Origin: a candidate division TM6 bacterium GW2011_GWF2_28_16
GTDB taxonomy: Bacteria > Babelota > Babeliae > Babelales > UASB340
DNA length: 64,000 nucleotides
Reading direction: 5' to 3'
Assembly: GCA_000989185.1 (NCBI GenBank)
Contig: LBNX01000002.1
Coordinates: forward strand, 358,012-422,011
Below, piece after piece: positions 47,320 to 53,521 of the stretch; the stretch's first letter is position 1; each line of letters opens with the position of its first letter. The position numbers and the translations under genes were made by a program. The notes under the pieces were generated by a model. That model was not told the origin of the DNA. It worked only from the letters and a program-made list of their open reading frames with translations, and did not search any database.

Positions 47320-47721
47320 TTAAATTTTTTTTAATAATTTTGATATTTCACTTAGAGTAGCATAATGTATTGGTTGTATTACTGTAATGCCTTTTATTTT
47401 GTAAGTTTCCTTTTTTGTCTCTTTATCTAGCTCACCTTTTATGTATTTACCATCTATTTCTATTTTTTCTCCAGGTTCAAAAAGTATTAAACAAGCATCT
47501 TCTGGTACTTTAATTTTATTTTCGCCATCTGCTAAAATATTATTATAGTTACAGTAAATCATACATATACCTGTAACATGCCATGGTTCTGCTGGCGTGA
47601 AATCTTCTGTTAGTTCAAATGTTTTATTTTTTATAATTTCTTGTTTTTGAGAAGACTCCATGGCACTAATATTTGAAAATAAGAAAATAGTTAATGCAAA
47701 TTTTAATAAATTTTTATTCAT
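47320..47721 (-). CDS. Small secreted protein, one copy of the module found in 48067..48756
   Basis: Signal peptide MNKNLLKFALTIFLFSNISA/M, nearly identical to that of 48067..48756 at the nucleotide level. Start overlaps the upstream stop (TAATG). Confidence 0.55.
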   Translation of the reverse strand: MNKNLLKFALTIFLFSNISAMESSQKQEIIKNKTFELTEDFTPAEPWHVTGICMIYCNYNNILADGENKIKVPEDACLILFEPGEKIEIDGKYIKGELDKETKKETYKIKGITVIQPIHYATLSEISKLLKKI

Positions 47722-48029
47722 TAAAGATCCTTTAATATTTTAGCAAATTCTTCATCTGTTGCCATTTCGCCTTTTAAAATTGAACAATTTTTATCTTTCC
47801 AATATGATTGCATATTCATATTTTTTCGGGTTACTTTTTCTGCCATTTTGCGGTCGCTACCAAGCTGGCTCATAAAAAATTGTACACCACCCTCAAAGAT
47901 TTCTTCGCAAGATTTTACGCTTCCGTCTGGGTTAACACAGTATAGACAGAATATTGAATTTTCATCTTTGAGTGCAAAATCTTCTTTTTTGCTCATGGGC
48001 ATTCCGCATGATTCGCAGTGTTTTTGCAT
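47721..48029 (-). CDS. Zinc-ribbon domain protein (Zn_ribbon_2-like)
   Basis: CESCGMPM...FCLYCVNPDG, a four-Cys ribbon at the N-terminus followed by a helical tail, as in the family with CxxCgMP...YCxxC as recalled. Confidence 0.65.
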   Translation of the reverse strand: MQKHCESCGMPMSKKEDFALKDENSIFCLYCVNPDGSVKSCEEIFEGGVQFFMSQLGSDRKMAEKVTRKNMNMQSYWKDKNCSILKGEMATDEEFAKILKDL

Positions 48030-48066
48030 AATTTTATCCTTTAATTCATTTTTGAATATATTAAAA

Positions 48067-48756
48067 TTAAATTTTGGCCAGATCTATAAACTCTATAGAA
48101 TATATTTTATCAAAAATATTGGAATCTATTGCATCTATTCTTGAATTATTCGAAACAATTATATTGTTTGAATTTCCATTTAATTTTAAATTATAAAAAA
48201 ATAACACACTATTTTTTGAAATATTAATAAAGCCCGTATTTTCTAGTGTTAATTGATGATTGTTGCCATTAATAAGACATACTCCATTAAATTCATTATA
48301 GCACTCTTTCCAAACTGTATCTTGTGTGAGTTCTATTATTTGATTTGAATAAGAATTATGTGTTGTAGTTAAAGTTGTGGGTTTATTTTTTTTAAAAATA
48401 TTTGCAATATTTGTATGAGATTTAGTTATTTCACTATTATATATAGAAGAATTAATTAATATAAGTTTGGCATTTGAATTTATCACAAATGTTCCAATTT
48501 CAGATTTTAAAACATGTGTATTTATTATTATTAATAATGAATTATCATTGATTGATAAAATTGCATCTTCATCCAAATTTAATTCATTATTATTGCTATT
48601 TATTATACAAATTCCATCTATTGAATGATTTTCTTTCCAAAGTGTGTTTTTTATTAAATTTAATACCTCGTTTTTATGAATTATTGTATTATTCATGGCA
48701 TTAATATTTGAAAATAAGAAAATAGTTAATACAAATTTTAATAGATTTTTATTCAT
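48067..48756 (-). CDS. Secreted protein with two copies of a ~90-aa beta-rich module
   Basis: SD AAAGGAG. Signal peptide MNKNLLKFVLTIFLFSNINA/M. Internal repeat: NTLWKENHSIDGICIINSNNNELNLDEDAILSINDNSLL and DTVWKECYNEFNGVCLINGNNHQLTLENTGFINISKNSVL. Confidence 0.6.
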   Translation of the reverse strand: MNKNLLKFVLTIFLFSNINAMNNTIIHKNEVLNLIKNTLWKENHSIDGICIINSNNNELNLDEDAILSINDNSLLIIINTHVLKSEIGTFVINSNAKLILINSSIYNSEITKSHTNIANIFKKNKPTTLTTTHNSYSNQIIELTQDTVWKECYNEFNGVCLINGNNHQLTLENTGFINISKNSVLFFYNLKLNGNSNNIIVSNNSRIDAIDSNIFDKIYSIEFIDLAKI

Positions 48757-48996
48757 TAAAGCTCCTTTATATTTAAAATAATATTCGAATATATTTTATA
48801 TTAATTTAATTAAAAAAATAGCTTTTTATTATAAAAAATATATAAAAGTTGCATATGGTAGGTTTTTTACAGAAAAGAATATACCGTGTATAATTATGAA
48901 TCCAATTGGGGGTAATATTCATAGTGATAATGAATATGTAAGTTTAAGTAGTTTAATAAAATTAAAAAAAATATATAAAAAATATTTGAGAGAATT

Positions 48997-49602
48997 ATGA
49001 ATTTAAATAGTTTTTTTCCATGGATAGCGCAAGTAATTTTTTTTGTAGGGCTTTTGCCACAAATTAGGCTTAATTATAAATTAAAATCTACAAAGGGACT
49101 TAGTGATTTTTTATTTATAGGCTATTTTTTGGGTTATAGTTTTTACACTTTTTATGCATATTGTTTAAATTTGCCATTGGCTCATAAAATAATGGTGCCA
49201 TTAGGTCTTATGGCGGCATTAGTTTTAGTATTTCAGAGGTTTTATTATTCTGATAATAAAAATGGTGATAGAAAATTAAAATTATTTTTTGTTTTAGTGA
49301 CAATGTTTTTTCTGGGATTATTATTTTTGGCTATAAATAATAGAGAACTTATTGGCCATATATCAGGCTGGATTATGATGCTAAATTGGGCTATTTACCA
49401 AATTCCCCAGATAATTAAAAATTATAAAAATAAAGCTGTTAAAGGCTTAAGCTTTGGACTTGTTAGCATAATTGGGCTTGGAAATTTTACAGAATTTATT
49501 GTTATGCTTGTTTTGGGTATGCCGATACAGAGTTGCTTAAATAATTTTAATGGTATTTTAACTTATATTATTTATTTATTTCAGTTTATAAAATTTAAAT
49601 AA
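48997..49602 (+). CDS. 7-TM PQ-loop family transporter
   Basis: Two PQ-loop motifs, LLPQIRLNYKLKSTKGLS and YQIPQIIKNYKNKAVKGLS. Seven predicted TM segments. Confidence 0.75.
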   Translation: MNLNSFFPWIAQVIFFVGLLPQIRLNYKLKSTKGLSDFLFIGYFLGYSFYTFYAYCLNLPLAHKIMVPLGLMAALVLVFQRFYYSDNKNGDRKLKLFFVLVTMFFLGLLFLAINNRELIGHISGWIMMLNWAIYQIPQIIKNYKNKAVKGLSFGLVSIIGLGNFTEFIVMLVLGMPIQSCLNNFNGILTYIIYLFQFIKFK

Positions 49603-49614
49603 ATTAAATTTTAG

Positions 49615-50271
49615 TTAGTTTTTTAAAATTAAATTTTGGTCTGAGATATTTTTTTCTAAATTGTTTAAGTCACAGCTTTTATTGTAAATTATTTTTGGTA
49701 TATCATTGGCTAACCCGGGATTTATTTCTTTTGTAATTAATATTATTGGTTCTCTAGAATCATTGTTACTAATTATTTCTTCTCTTTCGATAATATAACT
49801 AACATCTTCAAATTCAAAGTTATCTATTGTACCAATTAAAATTATGCCATTTAAATTTAAGCGTGCGCCTCGTTTTAATATTATTTTTGCGCCGGATTTT
49901 AGAATTAAATAACTGATATCTTCTTTATCAGGCTTATCTATGTAATCTATGTTATTTATATAAAGAGATTCGTATTTTTCTATAATTAAATTTGTATTTT
50001 CTGGTACTATTAATCTTTGATTTGTTTCAAGTTCAATAATATTATTTGTTTTGTTTATTCTATATTTTTTGGAAAAAAATTTAATATCTTCTTGTGATAG
50101 TGTTTGTTTTAATTTTGGAGAATATATTAATTCTTGTTCTGTTTTATAAAAATCATAACGATTTTCGTTTTTGGGATTTTCAAATAAACTTGTTATTTTT
50201 CTAAAAAAACCAAAAGAATTTGTGAAACTAAAAAATAATAAAAAATTTAATAAAATAACTTTTTTTAACAT
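49615..50271 (-). CDS. Secreted beta-rich protein, unknown function
   Basis: ATG 50271 (MLKKVILLNFLLFFSF...) follows a GGAGG SD; the track start is TTG 50289. Strand-like repeats LILKSGAKIILKRGARLNLNGIILIG. Confidence 0.5.
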   Translation of the reverse strand: MLKKVILLNFLLFFSFTNSFGFFRKITSLFENPKNENRYDFYKTEQELIYSPKLKQTLSQEDIKFFSKKYRINKTNNIIELETNQRLIVPENTNLIIEKYESLYINNIDYIDKPDKEDISYLILKSGAKIILKRGARLNLNGIILIGTIDNFEFEDVSYIIEREEIISNNDSREPIILITKEINPGLANDIPKIIYNKSCDLNNLEKNISDQNLILKN

Positions 50272-50503
50272 TTTGATTAAAACCTCCAATAAATTGCTAT
50301 AATTTATATTAAAAGTATGGCAAATTTACTTTTTGTTGTCGAAAGCCTTTGTCTTTTAAGTTTAAAAACTCAAAAATATGTTAAATAAAGCCAAAATATG
50401 AATTATTTAAAAAGCTTGTTTTTTAATATAAAAAAGTTTTATATTGCATTTGTGAGGGGGCGTGAAATAAGGGAATGTCGGTGTTTGGTTTTGGGGGAGT
50501 TCG

Positions 50504-51157
50504 ATGATTAATTCTCCAATATTGACAACCATTATCACATGGGTTGTCAATATTTTTTTCTCTATAGCAGTTGTTCCTCAGGTCTATTTAAATTACAAAA
50601 ATAAGTCTGTTCGAGGGCTTAGTGATTTGTATATAGTAGGCTATTTTAATGGTTATGCTTTTAATGTTTTGTATATTTATGCACTTGGGTTTCCTGTAGC
50701 CTACAAAATTAGGGCTATAATAGCTTTTTTTGTGATATCTATATTGATTTATCAGCGGTTTTTATACAATAATAGTGTTTTAAATAACAAAACAAAAAAG
50801 TTATATTTAGGAAACTTTTGTTTTTTATTATTTATAGCGTTTTTAATTTATTTAAACCCAATAAAATTTGGTAATTTTGCAGGATGGGCACTTGTTATAA
50901 TATGGAGTATTTACCAGTTACCACAACTTTTAAAAGTTTATAAAAGCAAATCTGTAGAAGGTTTTAGCTTTTTTTTAATATCTTTTGTTGGAATTGGTAA
51001 TTTAATAGAATTCTGGGCAGCTTACCTTTTGAATTTACCATTACAGACTAGTGTGACTGCATTAAGAGGCGTTTTTGTTTACTTAATATTTGTATCACAG
51101 TTTTGGGCTTATAAATACAAATTTGAACTAAAAACCCCAATAATTTCAGAAAAATAA
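50504..51157 (+). CDS. 7-TM PQ-loop family transporter, paralog of 48997..49602
   Basis: VVPQVYLNYKNKSVRGLS and YQLPQLLKVYKSKSVEGFS. Collinear with the first PQ-loop protein. Confidence 0.75.
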   Translation: MINSPILTTIITWVVNIFFSIAVVPQVYLNYKNKSVRGLSDLYIVGYFNGYAFNVLYIYALGFPVAYKIRAIIAFFVISILIYQRFLYNNSVLNNKTKKLYLGNFCFLLFIAFLIYLNPIKFGNFAGWALVIIWSIYQLPQLLKVYKSKSVEGFSFFLISFVGIGNLIEFWAAYLLNLPLQTSVTALRGVFVYLIFVSQFWAYKYKFELKTPIISEK

Positions 51158-51319
51158 TAAATATTGTTGTTTTTAGTGTTTTTTGACTAATAAAAACAAA
51201 AAGATATATTTTTGTTGCTAAATATTTTCCAATTGTAATATAATATATATGAAAAGTTGAGTTAACTTATTAAAATAGGGATTTAAAATAAGTTTAAAAG
51301 AACAGTTTTGGGGGGAGTT

Positions 51320-52102
51320 ATGAATAAAAGGTTATATCTATTAACAACATTATTGGTTGTTTTTTTTGCAATTTATTCGGATTCTGAAAAAAAGATAGAA
51401 AATAGTTTGCCAGATTCTGAGCTTACTGCCCCTGTGCAGCAGGTTGAGCAGGTAGCTCAGGTTGTTGAGGCAGAAAAAATTGAGGTTCCTGTTGAGTCGG
51501 TAGCTCAGATTATTGAACCTGTTGTTGAGGTTCCAGTTGAGCAGGTAAAGGTCGAAGAAATTGAACCAGTTGTGTTACCTGCTACAGAAGTACCAGAAAA
51601 TATTGTAGAAAAAGTTGAGTCTGTTGCAGTTGAACAACCTGTTGAGCCGGTAGTTCCAGTTGTTGAGCCAGCTATTATTGAGCCTGCAATTGTTGAATCA
51701 ACTATCGACCCAGTTATCGATCAGTCTGTTGGTGATCTTATTGTTCCTGAAGAATCAGTGATGCCGGAACCAGAAGAAGTTGTTGAGCTTGAAGAAGTTC
51801 AGGACGTTGCACAGCCTGATGGTGAAGAAAATTTAGATGAAATGGAAGAAATTGAACAGGAGCAAGATGTTAGTCAAGACCAAGTTCCAGAAGAAAATCC
51901 TGTTGAGCCTGTTGAGTTAGATGAGACTCAAGCAATAATTTCTGAAAAAGCACCCGAAATTGATGTATTAGGTTCTGTAGAAGAAACAAAGCAAGATATC
52001 AGTGATGCTGATATGAATGCTGTTCAAGCAGAAGACGAAGAGCTTTATGATGAACTTGCAGATTTAACTTTTGGTTCTGATATAGATACAGACTTAGAGT
52101 AA
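51320..52102 (+). CDS. N-terminally anchored, extremely acidic protein with degenerate P-V-E repeats
   Basis: ATG 51320 (MNKRLYLLTTLLVVFFAIY) after a GGGGGGAG SD. Degenerate repeats VEQV / EPVVEVPVEQV / VEPVVPVVEP. D/E-rich C-terminus. Confidence 0.6.
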   Translation: MNKRLYLLTTLLVVFFAIYSDSEKKIENSLPDSELTAPVQQVEQVAQVVEAEKIEVPVESVAQIIEPVVEVPVEQVKVEEIEPVVLPATEVPENIVEKVESVAVEQPVEPVVPVVEPAIIEPAIVESTIDPVIDQSVGDLIVPEESVMPEPEEVVELEEVQDVAQPDGEENLDEMEEIEQEQDVSQDQVPEENPVEPVELDETQAIISEKAPEIDVLGSVEETKQDISDADMNAVQAEDEELYDELADLTFGSDIDTDLE

Positions 52103-52127
52103 GTATATAAATAAAAATTACCTTTTG

Positions 52128-52155
52128 GCCCGGTTTAATCCGGGCTTTTTTATTT
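52128..52155 (+). terminator. Rho-independent terminator
   Basis: GCCCGG-TTTAAT-CCGGGC followed by TTTTTTATTTT. Confidence 0.75.
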
Positions 52156-52173
52156 TGTATATTTTTTATTGAC

Positions 52174-52203
52174 CTAGATCCTGAATAGAGTTCAGGATGG
52201 CAA
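52174..52203 (+). repeat. GC-rich hairpin element, family H (TGAA-arm variant)
   Basis: CTAG-ATCCTGAA-TAGAG-TTCAGGAT-GGCAA. Sits 19 nt after the terminator and 44 nt before the NurA-like start. Confidence 0.85.
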
Positions 52204-52246
52204 ATATACATGACTGAATACAAAAATAAATGGGTCAATAATTATT

Positions 52247-53509
52247 ATGTTAGATAAAAATAAATTATATTTACAGATTAAAAAAAATGCGCAAAAACTT
52301 TTTAGTGATTTTACTCAAGAATTTGATTTAGCTAAAAAAAAGTGGCAAGAAATTTCTTGTGATATTAATTTTAAAAATAAAGTTGAATTTTCTCATGCTA
52401 GTTTTTTAACTCCAACTTGGCTTGGTAATTTAAATGATAAATTTAAGATCGATAATAAAATTTTTAATTATTCTATATTATCTGTAGATGGTTCTCAGGT
52501 TTATCCAGATCGTAATATATCTGGAGCAAATTGTTGCTTAATAAATATCGGTTCATGTTTAATTAAATATAATAATACAGGCAGCTCCGTCAAAATAGGC
52601 TCTGAGCCACTTTTATTTTTGTTAGATGATTTATTTGAACATGCTATCCCGAGTAAGGACCCGGGATCTAGTGATCTTGTTGATTTAAAGCGAGAAGAAC
52701 TTGAACTTTTAAACTTGTTAAATATAACTTTAGAACAAAATATAGATATAGCATTTGTAGATGGTACTGTAATATTTTGGTTTTTAGAAAGTAAGCCAGA
52801 AGAAGTAAAAAATTTATTTTTAAATTTATATTTAAATATTTTACAAAAATTTTATGATCAAAAAAAAATAATTGCAGGTTTTATAAGCTTTCCCAAAAGC
52901 AAAGAGCTTATTAATTTAATTAAAATTGGCTTGTGTAAGTACGATTACGCTGACTGTATTGCTTGTTATAAAATTTATAATAATAAAGCGTTTGATAAAG
53001 TGGATTCGACTACGCAGCAAGCTGCTGCGCTCACCACGAACGCCCCGTTCGCCCTGAGCGAAGTCGAAGGGGTTGCCATTTCTAAGAATGCTCAGCCCTG
53101 TATGCTTGTTGATAATTTAATAGATACTAAAATATTAAGAAATTTTTTAAATATAAATGAGCGAACTACAGTTTTTTTTAGTAATTCAAAAATTGTAGAT
53201 AGTTATCCAGATTATCTAAAACCCTGTTTTTTTTATTTAAATGCAGGGGTAGAAATTGTACGTATAGAGACTTTTAAATATATTGCACAAGATGAAAAGT
53301 TAATTAATCTTATTGCAAGCGTAGCTCTTGATCAAATTAATAAGGGGCTTGGTTACCCTGTAACTTTGGCTCAAGCGCACGAAGCTGCAGTTGTAAAAGG
53401 ACCAGATAGAGAGTTTTTTTATAATTTATTACAAAAAGAAGCTCTTGATCAATCACGAAGATTAATTTACTCTCAAAAGAGTATAAAAAAACGTGGCACT
53501 GGGGTATAA
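52247..53509 (+). CDS. NurA-like nuclease domain protein carrying two in-frame repeat insertions
   Basis: YSILSVDGSQVYPDR (NurA Asp motif), IAFVDGTVIFW, C-terminal GYPVTLAQAHEAAVVKGPDREFF. GC-rich inserts at 52643..52671 and about 53003..53075. Confidence 0.6.
   Translation: MLDKNKLYLQIKKNAQKLFSDFTQEFDLAKKKWQEISCDINFKNKVEFSHASFLTPTWLGNLNDKFKIDNKIFNYSILSVDGSQVYPDRNISGANCCLINIGSCLIKYNNTGSSVKIGSEPLLFLLDDLFEHAIPSKDPGSSDLVDLKREELELLNLLNITLEQNIDIAFVDGTVIFWFLESKPEEVKNLFLNLYLNILQKFYDQKKIIAGFISFPKSKELINLIKIGLCKYDYADCIACYKIYNNKAFDKVDSTTQQAAALTTNAPFALSEVEGVAISKNAQPCMLVDNLIDTKILRNFLNINERTTVFFSNSKIVDSYPDYLKPCFFYLNAGVEIVRIETFKYIAQDEKLINLIASVALDQINKGLGYPVTLAQAHEAAVVKGPDREFFYNLLQKEALDQSRRLIYSQKSIKKRGTGV
52643..52671 (-). 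repeat. Family H hairpin (CCGG-arm variant), in frame inside the NurA-like CDS
   Basis: GCT-ATCCCGAG-TAAGGA-CCCGGGAT-CTAG, 7 of 8 stem pairs; encodes AIPSKDPGSS. Confidence 0.8.
53003..53075. repeat. GC-rich palindromic insertion (family G) in frame inside the NurA-like CDS
   Basis: Inverted termini TTCGACTACGC (53005..53015) and GCGAAGTCGAA (53058..53068), 10 of 11 complementary. Internal palindrome CGCAGCA-AGC-TGCTGCG. Encodes DSTTQQAAALTTNAPFALSEVEGVA. Confidence 0.7.
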
Positions 53510-53521
53510 TATTGGGCTTTT

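Noticed and set aside
51999-52238. 79-aa minus-strand ORF.
   Set aside because: It runs through the 3' end of the acidic-protein gene, a terminator and a family H hairpin. It has no SD and is a repeat-generated artefact.
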